Virus record (IMG/VR): IMGVR_UViG_3300018933_000001
Coordinates: 32,001-96,000 of that record
DNA from: a virus
Length of the DNA: 64,000 nt
Reading direction: 5' to 3' (one strand)
Of the stretch, positions 41,527-53,271 are shown piece by piece. The first letter of the stretch is position 1. Each line of letters starts with the position of its first letter. A program made the position numbers and the translations under genes. The notes under the pieces are model-generated. The model was not told the DNA's origin and did not search any database. It worked only from the letters and a program-made list of their open reading frames with translations.

Positions 41527-43695
41527 ATGAAAACACTACAGCTCAAGTGGAGTGATATATTAGCTCCTGAAGTAGAACTTAATCCTAACATCATAGTAGA
41601 AGGTAAAGTAGGAAAGGAAATATGGGATAACTGGGTAGAAGTATTCTCTAAAGCTAAGATGTTCTCTCTTGACCTTGAGACTCATGGGGATGAAGAATAT
41701 TCTGCTCTATATTTCAGATTTGGGTTGATAAGACTAATATCAGTTGGGATAAAGGTAGATGGTAACTATTATGCTCTTATTTATGACTTAGGAGGAAATT
41801 TAGATGATATAGATGAGAGAAAGAAAGAGTTCCTTAATAGTAGGTTTTATCAGGTACTTAAAGAGAGATGTGAGAACCTAAAAGTACCAGTAGTAGGAGT
41901 TAACCTAAAGTTTGATGGTAACTTTCTACTTTATCATTTAGGTATTAAGATTCTTACTTGCCGAGATTTAATGCTATGTTCTCAAGTTATCTGGGCAGGT
42001 ATCGAAGTAATATCTACTAAAGAGAAAACTGATAGTGGAAGTAGTAGAGTTAAAGATAGAAAAGATAGGTGTCTCCTAGGTCATTCACTTAAAGGGATAA
42101 CAGAAAGAATCAATATACTTTACAACACTTCTTTTACTATTGATAAGACAGAGCAGAAAGAAGATTGGGGTTGGAGAATATCAAATGCTAAACTTAACTA
42201 CTCAGGAAATGACAGTATCTTACCTCTTCAACTATTTCCTTATATCCAGCAGTTAGTAGTAGAAAATGGACTTTACTATTCGGTAATGGCGGAGTGTCTC
42301 GCTTTACCTGCATTTATAGAGATGGAAGTATTTGGTTTTCCTATTGATAAAGAGTTGTTAGAGAAGAATCTTAGTATTTATAGAGCTAAATTTGATGAAT
42401 ATAACACTCTAGTATCTACTACATTTCCTGGGGTTAACTGGTCGCAAACAGAACAACTAAGACAAGCTTTTAATACGAAATGGGAAGACTTAAAGTTATT
42501 GTCGATGAATGATGAAGCTTTAAAGTCAGTAGAACATCCAGAAGCACAAGCATTACTCAAAATGCGTACTTTAAACGTACTCATTAATTACATGGAAGGT
42601 ATTAACAACACAGCTTGGAAAAATGAAGGAGAAGATTTCTACTCTGTTAGAACTATCTACAATCAGATATCTGCTAGTGGAAGTGGTAGAAGTTCCTGTA
42701 CTGGTGCATTAAGTTATAAAAGCAGTAAAGGTAGTAGAAAGAAGATTGATGTAGGAACTCAGTTACAAAATCCAGCTAAGACTCCTGCTTGGTTTACTGA
42801 TGAAGGTTTACCCGAGTTTAGGACGTTCTTTGCAGCTCCAGAAAGTTACTCATTAGGAATTATTGACTTATCTGCCAGTCACTACCGAATATGTACTGAA
42901 CTAAGTCAAGACCCTGTTCTATTAGATATTTACTTAAATGATAGAGATGCTCATTTAATTATGGCTCATACCATTGTCAAATTAGATGGTGCAGATGTAA
43001 CTTTTGATGAGTTTCAGAAATTATATAAAAAAGAGAAAGAAGCTAAAACAGAAGGTTGGGTTTCTGATAATAGAAAGAAAGGTAAAATAACCAATTATAG
43101 TGGACTCAATCAGGCAGGTGCATTTAAGTTACAGCAGACATTTAAAGGTTGGGGAGTAATAATATCTCTGGAAGAAGCTAAGAAACTTAAGAAGGCTTAT
43201 AAAGAAACATATAAGAGATTAGACCAGTTTATCCAGAATTATATAAAAGAATCTAATAGTTATAATATCGAGTTTCCTTTTTATAACCTTTACGGACAAC
43301 CAACTACTGGACATTACGGTAAATGCAAAACTTTTACTAACCGAACTGTTCATTTAAAGAAACAAGAGAAGCACAGTGAATGGGGAACTAAATATGAGAT
43401 TCCTTATACTGAATCTATTTCTTTAATTTGGCTTTGTGGAGAAGCTGATATTATCAAGTTCTCGCAGGGAATAGCCGTTATCCAATTCTTTTTACATCCG
43501 GAATGGAAAGCAAGATTTATCAATAATTGTCATGATGAGTTGGATTGGATGAATAAATGTGAGTTTTCTTTTGAAGCTAATAGTGTGGTGATGAGTAGCG
43601 TCCACGAACAAATGGGTACTTGGATTAAGTCTATTCCCGTAGATACTGATTTTGATCCAAATAAACTAACCGTTCAAAACTGGAATGAGAAATAA
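41527..43695 (+). CDS. polA: DNA polymerase, family A, with 3'-5' exonuclease
   Basis: Exo DLET, NLKFD, YSGND; GR..C, QLQNPA, motif A DLSASHYR, motif B RKKGKITNY, motif C CHDE. Confidence 0.9.
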   Translation: MKTLQLKWSDILAPEVELNPNIIVEGKVGKEIWDNWVEVFSKAKMFSLDLETHGDEEYSALYFRFGLIRLISVGIKVDGNYYALIYDLGGNLDDIDERKKEFLNSRFYQVLKERCENLKVPVVGVNLKFDGNFLLYHLGIKILTCRDLMLCSQVIWAGIEVISTKEKTDSGSSRVKDRKDRCLLGHSLKGITERINILYNTSFTIDKTEQKEDWGWRISNAKLNYSGNDSILPLQLFPYIQQLVVENGLYYSVMAECLALPAFIEMEVFGFPIDKELLEKNLSIYRAKFDEYNTLVSTTFPGVNWSQTEQLRQAFNTKWEDLKLLSMNDEALKSVEHPEAQALLKMRTLNVLINYMEGINNTAWKNEGEDFYSVRTIYNQISASGSGRSSCTGALSYKSSKGSRKKIDVGTQLQNPAKTPAWFTDEGLPEFRTFFAAPESYSLGIIDLSASHYRICTELSQDPVLLDIYLNDRDAHLIMAHTIVKLDGADVTFDEFQKLYKKEKEAKTEGWVSDNRKKGKITNYSGLNQAGAFKLQQTFKGWGVIISLEEAKKLKKAYKETYKRLDQFIQNYIKESNSYNIEFPFYNLYGQPTTGHYGKCKTFTNRTVHLKKQEKHSEWGTKYEIPYTESISLIWLCGEADIIKFSQGIAVIQFFLHPEWKARFINNCHDELDWMNKCEFSFEANSVVMSSVHEQMGTWIKSIPVDTDFDPNKLTVQNWNEK

Positions 43696-44700
43696 TGAAA
43701 AATCTAACTGAGTTTCTACAAAATGAAGGATTTTATAATATGACATTTGAAGAGAAAGAGGAAATAATGAGTAATCCAAGAGTTTGGGTAGATTTTCATA
43801 ATGCCGACCAGTACGGAAATGTGAGACTTAATTGTGCAGGAACACAAAAAGATTTACAAGAACAAGAGATAGAATTAAGCGAGGGACTTCAACTAATTCT
43901 TTATGATGAGGAATTAGAAGTTGAAGGAATAGTAGTCTACTCAGAAATTGAAAATGATTGGGTTGCTCAAATAGATTGGTCGCTCTTAATATATAAGAGT
44001 CTTGGAAAAGAAAAGAGTTTGTTTGAAAGAATTAAGGATAGGTTAAAAGGATGATTTATAAGAATTATTCAATCTGGATTCAAAGAAACACATATAAAAA
44101 AGACCCAGATGAAGGAGATTGGGAAGGATTTATTAATCAAAACTTTTATCACTTAAACGACGATAATTTGTTTAATAGCTGGGCTTTGTGTATTAGTGAT
44201 AATTCTCCTAACAGTGTTTATGAGTTAGCAAAGATGGAAATTGAATTGCAGGAGATGAAAGTGTTAAAGAAAAGAATGACTAGAAGTGTTGCTAAAATTC
44301 TAAAGTTAGATTATCTCACAAGCTCGATTTAGGGAGAAATAATCGTCATAAACAAATCTAATAGAAGAACTTGGAGAATAATGAATGACTTATCAGTCTG
44401 TATTTACTAATTTATCAGCGTTAGAATATCAAAATCACTTAAGAGATGAATGATGGGTAGTGCGACAACTGCTTTCTTTTCTGGTCAGTATGAGGGAATT
44501 TGGTTAGTTCTAGAAGCTTTATACGAGTGGGAGAACAATCAATTTGAAGCACCTTATGAACCAAAGATGAGTAGAGAATACGCAAAAGAAAAATTAATAC
44601 AGCTAGGTTTGACTGATTTTACAGACGGAATTTTAGTCGAGGCACGAGACCTCGCCATCGAGAAACACTTACTTACCAATTAAAGAAGAGAAATAGAAAT

Positions 44701-47700
44701 ATGATTAAATTGACTCAACATATTGGTTTTGATGCTGCTACTGCCCTTTCCGTAATGTTTAGGACTTATTGCCGGACAAACGTTGTAGATGATGAAACAG
44801 GTGAGTTAGAACGAGAGTCCCCTCAACAAGCACTAGATAGGTCTATAAATGGATTAGATGTTTTTAATCTCTTAACTAAAGAACAATTAGAATTAATAAG
44901 GCAATACTGTTATAGAAATATAGTGTTTCCATCAGGTAGATGGTTATGGATTGGGGGAACTGATTGGATTGAGAAACAGAAGAATTACATTGGTGCTTAT
45001 AACTGTGCATCTGTACCAGTAGTAGATTGGGAGGCTTTTAGGTTTAATTTCCGCGCTCTATTAATGGGATGTGGAGTAGGAACGGTAGTTGAGTTAGATA
45101 AGATTTCTCAATTACCTAGTATTAAATATCCAATTAATTTAGTAGAAGTTACAGAGTTAGGTAGTAATTGGGTAGAAGGAAACCCAGAAAATGATAATAG
45201 CTGTTTTACTGCTTATAGGATAGACAAAGATACTTTAGGAATTATTTATACAGTAGGAGATAGTAAAGAAGGTTGGGTAGATGTAGCCACAGATATATTA
45301 GTATTTAGTTCTACTAATTTAAGTAATAGCGGGATTTGGGGAAATTTTCATTTACCTGAAAATTTTGATTATAAACAGATTAATTTAAGTATTGACCTCT
45401 CTTATGTAAGACCTAAAGGCAAGCAACTAAAAGGATTTGGTGGACTTTCTAATCCAGAAAAATTAGAAGAAGGTTTAAGAGCTGTAATAACTATTCTCAA
45501 TAAAGCAGTCGGGAAGCAGTTAAATAGTTTAGAAGTATGCAAGATACTAGGAATTGCTGGTGTTATAACAGTTAGTGGAAATGTGCGTAGAAGTGCAAGA
45601 ATAAATCAAGGCAGTCCAGAAGATGACCTTTTTACCACTTCTAAAGATAATCTTTGGGTGGAAATTGATGGGGATTGGGTAATAGACCCTGAACGAGATA
45701 TGCTTCGTATGAGCAACCACTCGAACGTTTATCACACTAAACCTACACTTGAAACTTTAGTAGCAGCAATTAGAAAGCAGTTTTATTCTGGTGAAGGTGC
45801 TATTCAATATGCTCCTGAAGCAGTTAGTAGAGCTAATGTAGACTTACTAGATACAGAAAATAAGAGGAAAAAATTCTTAAATCTTTATTGTGAAGATAGA
45901 AATTTAGCTAAAGATTACCTTCAGGAACTATCTAAGAATACCTTAGATGAGCGTGAATTAGAACATAGAATGAACCGACTAGGATTAAATCCTTGTGGTA
46001 GATAATTTTGCCTCAAGTAAAAAACCTTGCAAAAACGGGGAAAGCTGAGATGTTAATCCCGTGGTAATCAAAAGGGGTAATATGCTTTTGACACCGTACA
46101 GCGTAGGAAGTGAAACTAGGTTACAATAAAAAGAGTAATCGAGAATATAATCTTCCCAAGAGTGCAAGGGTACATAAATGACAAGTGCTTATTACGGATA
46201 CTCCGGTTTTTATAAAGAATCTTATCTAAGGTCGTGTCTTGAATATATTTACGCTAGATATCTAGACTACATGGAAATTAGTTGGGGTGTACGAACCTAA
46301 AACATTTACTCTTACTAATGGTGAACGATATAAACCTGACTTTTTATTAGAGACAGGGGAGTATACAGAAATTAAAGGCTCTTTCAACTATAAAAAGTGT
46401 CTGCCTAAAGTTAAGTGTTTTGAATCTGATTTTCAAGTAAAGGTAAATATAATTCAGGAACCAGACTTAAGAGTTCTTATTAGAAACACTCCATTAGTAT
46501 TTGAGCATCTAAAGAATGAGTGGAAAAAGGTAGCTAAAGTTAGAGGTATGAATATCTCTGGTACTAAAAATCCAATGTACGGAATCGTACAAACAGATAG
46601 TACCAAAGCTAAAATCTCAGCTAGAGCGAAAGAAAGGTTTAACGACCCGGTTTACAGAGAAAAGTGGAAAAATAGTCCTAAGCGAAAAGCATACCACGTT
46701 AATCGCACAGGTATTAAAACGGGAGAAGTAGTCCCTAGATATACCTTACAATGTGAGTTTTGTAGTTCTGGTTTCCTAGTTATCCAAGGTGCAGCTAAGA
46801 TAAGACGTTTCTGTTCAAAGAGATGTGCTATTCAAACTAATCGTGGTAAAACTATAACTACAGACTTAAAAATACGTGAATTAGCCCACAACTTCGCTTT
46901 AAATAATTCGGATAAACTTTTCACTACTAAATTAAACAAGTTAAAACCACTCTTTCAACCACTTTATGATGAAGTGTTAGCAGCTCACAATATTATGGAT
47001 ACTAGAACTATTGCTCTGATAACAATGGGAAAATCAGCTAGTAGAAAAGAGTTTCTGTACTATTTACGAGATTATGTACAAAAGGTACGCGGAACTATAG
47101 AGAATTCAGAATCTATAGAACTAGAGGATAAAAAGCCTTTAGGATAACAAAATGGAAATTATAGGCACTAACTTTCAATGTAACTTGGCAGATGTCCATG
47201 CTAATCTACTAGACCCCCTTGATTTTAAGCAGCAAGAAGAAGCATTTACAGCATCTACTTTAGCAGCTCTGCCTCTTTTAAAACATGAATTTGATATAGA
47301 ACAGTTTAAATATTCTAGGGATACTGACCCTATTATAGGTATTTGCATTACTGGACTCTTTGACTTTTTTGTACATCTGTTTGGTGAAGATTGGTTACTT
47401 TGGTGGAAAGAAGGTAGGAGTAAAACATACAAAAATGCTGACTATTTTCTATCTATTGAAAAAGCTTATTTAGAGCGATGGAGAAATATAGTTAAAGAAA
47501 CTGTTACTGAATTCTGCCAAAAACACAATATCAAAGTTCCTAACAGATATACAGCTATTGCTCCTTCAGGTACAAAGTCTCTTCTTACTGGCGCATCCCC
47601 GGGCTGGCATCCTCCGAAAGATACTCGATTCATCAGACGTGTTACATTCGCTAAAGATAATCCAGTAGCTCTAGCTTGTGTTGATTATGGTTATACTGTA

Positions 47701-48231
47701 GTTCCTTCTCAGTCATGTAAAGACGAATTTGGCAGCCTACTAAAGGATATTAATGACCCGAGAGTTACAGAGGTTTTAGTAGCAATTCCTGTTGAAGTTT
47801 CTTGGGTTAGTTTGGCGGATAAGGTAAACTTCCGTACTAAAGATATTTCTGCTTTAGCTCAACTAGATTTCTATATGCAGGTTCAAACCCACTGGACTGG
47901 ACATAACACTTCAGGTACTTTCGAGCTTTTTGAAAGAGAGATTGAGCCATTAGCAGAAGCTCTTCATAAAATTATTCAAAATGATGAAGGCTATGTAAGT
48001 GTAGCTATGATGCCTAAAGAAGAGGAAGGTGTAAATACTCATCCTCTTCTACCCTTTGAACCTATCAGTAAAGAACGCTATATCCAAGAATGTCAAGATG
48101 TCTTATCTCGAAGAACTAATGACAACTTCTTAGAGTTAGTAAATTTTCATACTACTATGATGGAGTTTACTTCTGAAGCTGGTTCTGCTGGATGTGACTC
48201 AGATAAATGTTTAATGCCGGAGAAAGGATGA
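44701..48231 (+). CDS. nrdJ: Class II (AdoCbl) ribonucleotide reductase; exons 44701-45999 and 47155-48231
   Basis: PSGRWLW, AYNC, LMGCGVG, GNVRRSA, MSNH; spliced NPCG|EII; CNL; TAIAPSGTKSLL; C-terminal CDSDKC. Confidence 0.92.
46000..47154 (+). mobile_element. Group I intron in nrdJ
   Basis: 5' exon ends in U within P1 GGT|AGA/TTTGCC (U-G pair); P3 CCTTGCA/TGCAAGG; P4 AAAACGGGG...AATCCCGTG; P7 GCGTA/TACGC; ends at omega-G 47154; splicing restores NPCGEI. Confidence 0.9.
46178..47147 (+). pseudogene. Intron-encoded PD-(D/E)XK endonuclease with NUMOD3 and Zn-finger, +1 frameshift at GGGG 46284-46287
   Basis: ATG 46178 frame (YLRSCLEYIYARYLD...ISW) joins YEPKTF...YKPDF...EIKG after removing one G; NPMYG...TKAKIS; CEFC...FCSKRC. 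Confidence 0.75.
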
Positions 48232-49523
48232 TGGAAATACTATTTTGGACAACTATTATTATCTCTACTGTCTGTGATTATATAATCTGGGGCTATTTAC
48301 ATCCTTGGATTTTTGTAATTATAACTTGTGTAATCTGGACAGCTTGGTACTTTATCTACTATATGGATATTGATGACTAAGCTTCATTTAGATTAGGAAA
48401 ACTTATCAAGAGGGGTTATTAGATTGCTCTCAGCAAAAGCTTCCGAGCTTATTAGCTCCTCTTATATTTAATTATGATTAGTAATGAATATGCGTTTTGG
48501 AAATGGTTTAAGAAAAATAAAAGTAGTTCTTTTAAACTGGAGCAGTTCGAGGAAGGCTATATTTGGTCTTCTTTAAATAGTAAAGGTGAATGGGAGGGGT
48601 CTGATATGTGGTTTGATACTCCTTACGATGCAATGATAGACTTCTTTTCTAACTTAATTTGTTGTGAAGTAGTTGAGAAGAACTCATGAAAAATAATTGG
48701 TACATTTCTATCCCAGGATTGTTAACAGGTTCCGTAATGTCTGTTTTACTAATAATACTTCCTTTTGAAATTGCAATATCTATTATCTTCTCATTTTTTG
48801 TTGGATTAGTTGTGGGTCATTATTTATTAAATCAGAACTAAATATATGTCATTACTAAAAGTTACGATTCATTTATTTTTAGTTGCGTTAATATTAACGG
48901 TTGTTATAGGAACATTCTCACCTATTCTTGCGGTAGCTTTTATAGTCTCTTACGTTATCGGTTTCAGTGTTGGGTTTATACTTGATAAGAACTAAAATTA
49001 TGGATTTCTTTGTTTGGGTTGGATTTTTCTTCTTTTTAGTATTTGGAATCTTGATGCTGATAGAGTTTATAGAAGGTAGCTGATTCCATATCAGCTATTG
49101 TAGTCCCTTTCATGCTTTGTCTAATTTATGCTGTTCTAGTGACAATTTTACTTAGATTCTATGATTAAAGTTTACTTATTACTAGGACTTATCTGTTTTG
49201 TGTATATCATAAGTTTTGCTTATTTGTTGTTTTTATTAATTGTATGAATGCAATAGATTTACTTACCTTAGGATTTACAGCTACTATCTATGCTGTGGCT
49301 TTAGGATTCCTGATTTCTTTATTGGTGAGTAAAGATGACTTATTTTGAATTAATAATCGTAGGAATTTTAGCAACAGCCATCTACTCCCTTCTTTTTGCT
49401 TTTACTTTAGATTGGATAGCTAAAACAGACTATAATATTTCACCTTTCCTAATAGCTGGATTTTTTGGAATAGTTATCTCTGTGATTTTAGTTTCTCTCA
49501 AAGTTCTCTTAGTGGTAATTTAG
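48228..49523 (+). other. Cluster of tiny hydrophobic (membrane) ORFs
   Basis: ORFs 48228-48380, 48686-48841, 48846-48995, 49000-49083, 49161-49247, 49244-49348, 49335-49523, each essentially 1-2 TM helices, closely spaced or overlapping. Confidence 0.6.
48423..48453. mobile_element. Very small dispersed insertion element, copy 2
   Basis: Identical 31 nt to 863-893; sits in the loop of hairpin AAGAGGGGTTA(48408-18)/TAGCTCCTCTT(48453-63). Confidence 0.75.
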
Positions 49524-50484
49524 ATAAAACAACCAATCTATTTCGGTAATATAGTTTTTCAAGCTAGAACTCAGCATTGTATGAGTATTGGTGATTTAAT
49601 TAAAGTATTAAGAGAGACTCATGGGATAACTTTAACTCCTCAAGATGTAATCAAAACGGAAGCAAATAGAGGAAACTACTGTTGGTTAATTCCTACTTTG
49701 GCTCAAGTCTACAACTGTGACCAAGATTGGCTTCATACTTTACATGAACAGACTCCAAGAAACTATGGATAAGATAGTTGTATTTTCTTACAAGCGAGAC
49801 AGTTTACCTCACTCAGAATATCAAGTAAGGAAACAGTTAAAAAAGTTCTTAGTAGATGATAGTAGTTCTTTTATAATTACTACTTCTACTGCTTCTATAT
49901 TAGATATTGTGAGAGTTTTCTGTTTAAAAAATAAGTTTAAATTAGTAGCTCTTTACGAAGAAGAAAAAATACCTTTTGATAGAAAAATGAGATTGAATGA
50001 TTGGAGCAAATATCCAGATTTTACAGCTTCAGAGGATGACCTAGAAGAACTAATAGATATAGGATTATCAGAACCATGACAGAAACACTAATAACAGTTG
50101 TAGCTTCTGTAGTTCTATTACTTTTGTTCATTATCTTTGTATTGGAGTTGAGTAGATGAACAATTATATTTTCAACGAAAAAAAGTTGTACTGGGAAATA
50201 AAAGCAACTAAAGAAAAGTACAAAGAAATTTACTGGGTATTACATAAGGTAGAATATAATCCAGCAACTACACAGCTAGAAATAACCTTAGTAAATCAAA
50301 ATAATAGTAAAGGTGAAGTAGAAATATACTATTTGGATGTGGCAAGTATTAAGTGCTTGAGAGGTAAAACAGAAGAAGAAATAGTAAAAGTTAGTTTATT
50401 AGGAGAGAGAGATATCCAGTGGAAAGAATTAGATATTAAGCTAGGACTTGAAAAACTATTAATGTCTGTTCAACTTTTAGAAGA

Positions 50485-51255
50485 GTGGGTAAAAAGTCTA
50501 AAATGATTAATTTAGCTCAATATTTCTATAAACTACCTTTTTTAAGAGGTAAAAGCGTTCACAATCCAACTACTCTAACATTATCTACTAAGATACCTAG
50601 GATTAAATCTGGTACTCGACATTACAGTAGAGGAGATGATGGAACTAGCGAGTTTATCAAAGGTATTCGATTACCTAAACATTCTCCTGCTCACTTAGTT
50701 TACTCAGCTTTAGAGTTTAGTAAATGGTGTTGTAGTAAGATTTTACTGAATAATACTAAATTCCCGTTCCTAGAAGAATTTGAGGTTTATCAATTACAGT
50801 GGTTTATTGAGAATCTACATTCATTAGGAGCATTTTGTTTTAACTGGGGAAGTGACGACTCTATTCACCACATCTTTCCTATTGAGGTGTTAGATACTAT
50901 TGAAAAACGAATTGAATATCTGCAAACTACAGAAGTCAATGGGAAAACTTTAGGAGATTGTCAAGATTTTCTTTCTTTTACAGATGGAAAGTTACTGAGT
51001 TTAGATTTAGCCAGACTAGCTTTTCGGATTCTAGAAACTACTTATACTCTTTGGCATTTCACTCTTTATGGGTTAAAGAAGATGGAAGGAGCAAGATTAG
51101 ATACATCTGCTCTTATTAACAGAACTAGCACTTATCTATTTTGGGTTAGTAGATATTCTACCCTTAAGCTCAATTTAGATGAGAACATTTGGGAGTCTAA
51201 AGTAGGTAATTATAATCCGCCTGAGTTTAAACTTAAGGAGAAAGATAATGAGTAA
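50485..51255 (+). CDS. PduO-type ATP:cob(I)alamin adenosyltransferase-like protein
   Basis: YSRGDDGTS...RLPKHSP, LARLAFRILE, INRTSTYLFWVSR correspond to PduO motifs (TRTGDxG, ARxxxRRAER, LNRLSDxLF); likely start ATG 50503. Confidence 0.65.
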   Translation: MGKKSKMINLAQYFYKLPFLRGKSVHNPTTLTLSTKIPRIKSGTRHYSRGDDGTSEFIKGIRLPKHSPAHLVYSALEFSKWCCSKILLNNTKFPFLEEFEVYQLQWFIENLHSLGAFCFNWGSDDSIHHIFPIEVLDTIEKRIEYLQTTEVNGKTLGDCQDFLSFTDGKLLSLDLARLAFRILETTYTLWHFTLYGLKKMEGARLDTSALINRTSTYLFWVSRYSTLKLNLDENIWESKVGNYNPPEFKLKEKDNE

Positions 51256-51449
51256 AGCTACGGAATATAGATTGCAGTATCATCAAGTATTTCAAGTAAT
51301 GAATGCTACACAAGATGACATTATAAATTCTTTAGGAAATTTAATAGAAGATATGTTATCTGAAATGGAAAGTTTAGAAGAATATGCCTCAAAAGAGCAT
51401 CAAGCAAAAAGACTAAGACAAGAAGCTTCTGCTAGAACAGGTATTAAAC

Positions 51450-51926
51450 TTGAAAAATAATATGACACAACAAATACACAATATCGGCATCAAACTTCTT
51501 CATCCAAATGCTCAAGTACCTAAGAAAGCTAATCCTACAGATTCTTGTTACGATGTTGTAGCTGTTAGAAGAGAAGAGTTATGGACAGATGATGTTTATT
51601 ATGGGGGTAGAATTTACGGGTATGAGTACCATTTAGGTTTTGCTTTAGATTTACCTTCAAATACTGAATTACAAGTAAGAGCAAGAAGTTCTATATTCAA
51701 AACTGGTCTTATCTTAAGTAATGGGATAGGGACAGGGGATGAAGGTTATACAGGAGAATATAGTGTAGTGTTCTACCATGTTGTACCTGAATTACCTCCT
51801 TATGAAGTTGGAGATAGAGTAGCTCAGATTATGTGTAGCAATAGAGCAGATATAGATTTCAATTTAGTAGAAGAGTTGCCAGATAAAGATAGAGGCTCAA
51901 AAGGCTGGGGAAGCACAGGTAATTAG
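51450..51926 (+). CDS. dut: dUTPase (trimeric)
   Basis: CYDV, ARSS, GTGDEGYTGE, GDRVAQI, RGSKGWGSTG. Confidence 0.9.
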   Translation: MKNNMTQQIHNIGIKLLHPNAQVPKKANPTDSCYDVVAVRREELWTDDVYYGGRIYGYEYHLGFALDLPSNTELQVRARSSIFKTGLILSNGIGTGDEGYTGEYSVVFYHVVPELPPYEVGDRVAQIMCSNRADIDFNLVEELPDKDRGSKGWGSTGN

Positions 51927-52199
51927 TAATCAAAACAGGAGAATAATTATGGGAGTTAGACAAGCTATTGTTCGTGGATTTCTTAAACTAAACATTTTTG
52001 CTAGAACACCTCATGTAAAAGAAGAATCAGGGTTTATCTCAGAAGAAGAAGCTCTAGAAGAAATAATTGAGAAAGCTAAAAATACTGAAGAATACAAGGA
52101 ACATCAAAGAAAGAAAGATAAGAAGTATAATCCTTTTAACTTCTAACTGAGTTACTAGCAAACCTATAGGCTCTCTACTAATACTGGGGAGCTTTTCTT

Positions 52200-52775
52200 A
52201 TGAACTCCACAACCTACAATTTACCCAACGCAGACATTATCTACTTCCCAGAATTCTTTGATAAAGATGACAGTTTCTATTTCTATACTAAACTCTTCAA
52301 CAGCATTAAATGGGAAACTAAAATTCTTAACTTTTCAGGTAGAGAAGTACCAATTCCTCGACTAACAGCTTGGTACGGAGAGAAACCTTATACTTATTCT
52401 GGGATGAAACTAGAACCTAATCCTTGGACATCTACTTTACTCGCTCTCAAATCTGCTCTTGAAAAAGAAGCAAATCATTCATTTAACAGTGTTCTACTAA
52501 ATCTCTATAGGGATGGTAAAGATTCTGTTGCTTGGCATTCTGACGATGAAAAAGAATTAGGTATAAATCCAGTAATTGCGTCTATTAGTTTCGGTGGTAC
52601 AAGGGACTTTAAGTTAAAACACAAATATGAAAATATCAAAGAAACAATAGAACTTACAAATGGTAGTCTTCTAATAATGAAAGGAGAAACACAACATTAT
52701 TGGCAACATTCAATCCCTAAGACTACGAAGAAAGTAGAACCAAGAATTAATCTTACTTTTAGGACTATTTACTAA
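52200..52775 (+). CDS. alkB: AlkB-family 2OG-Fe(II) dioxygenase (ALKBH2/3-like)
   Basis: PRLTAWYG, NSVLLNLYRDGKDSVAWHSDDE, WQHSIPK, RINLTFR. Confidence 0.92.
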   Translation: MNSTTYNLPNADIIYFPEFFDKDDSFYFYTKLFNSIKWETKILNFSGREVPIPRLTAWYGEKPYTYSGMKLEPNPWTSTLLALKSALEKEANHSFNSVLLNLYRDGKDSVAWHSDDEKELGINPVIASISFGGTRDFKLKHKYENIKETIELTNGSLLIMKGETQHYWQHSIPKTTKKVEPRINLTFRTIY

Positions 52776-53263
52776 TGAAAACTTATAAACAGCACGAAAG
52801 TAGACTTGAATCAATAAGGTTATATATCAAAAGAGAAAGAGAAGATTATAGTCTTTATTCACCAGAAATGATAGATGAATACGACCAATTTGCTCAAGAG
52901 ATGTTAGAAACTATTCAAGAATTAGAGAAACAAACTAAGAGAACTAATAAGTTAATCTACAAGAAAAGAAAAAAAGATAGGTCAGATATTCCAATTATCC
53001 AAGAAGATTTTGTTAATGTTGGCTATTTAGATATTGATGAAGAGATAGTTTTTAATGAAGTTAGCTCCGAGTTTTTCTATTTAAATGATAGATTTAGCTT
53101 GACTTTTTATGTTAAGGAAAACAGAGAATTTGTTCCTTTCTATCCAAAGAGTTTAGTGTTAGAAGTGATTCAATCTCCTTCACAATTCAGTGATAAAGAC
53201 TTCTGTGCAGTGGGATTTATTGCAGATAATAACTACATTCCTTACGACCGAATTATTGAGTAG
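52775..53263 (+). CDS. Shuffled-module family protein
   Basis: EMLETIQELE helix plus VNVGYLD...IVFNE...VGFI...YD domain. Confidence 0.6.
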   Translation: MKTYKQHESRLESIRLYIKREREDYSLYSPEMIDEYDQFAQEMLETIQELEKQTKRTNKLIYKKRKKDRSDIPIIQEDFVNVGYLDIDEEIVFNEVSSEFFYLNDRFSLTFYVKENREFVPFYPKSLVLEVIQSPSQFSDKDFCAVGFIADNNYIPYDRIIE

Positions 53264-53271
53264 GAGGTTTT

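Noticed and set aside
47152-48231. Second half of nrdJ as an independent gene starting at ATG 47152, or an intein
   Set aside because: The G of that ATG is the intron omega-G; RNA splicing restores NPCGEI, and in-frame stops exclude an intein.
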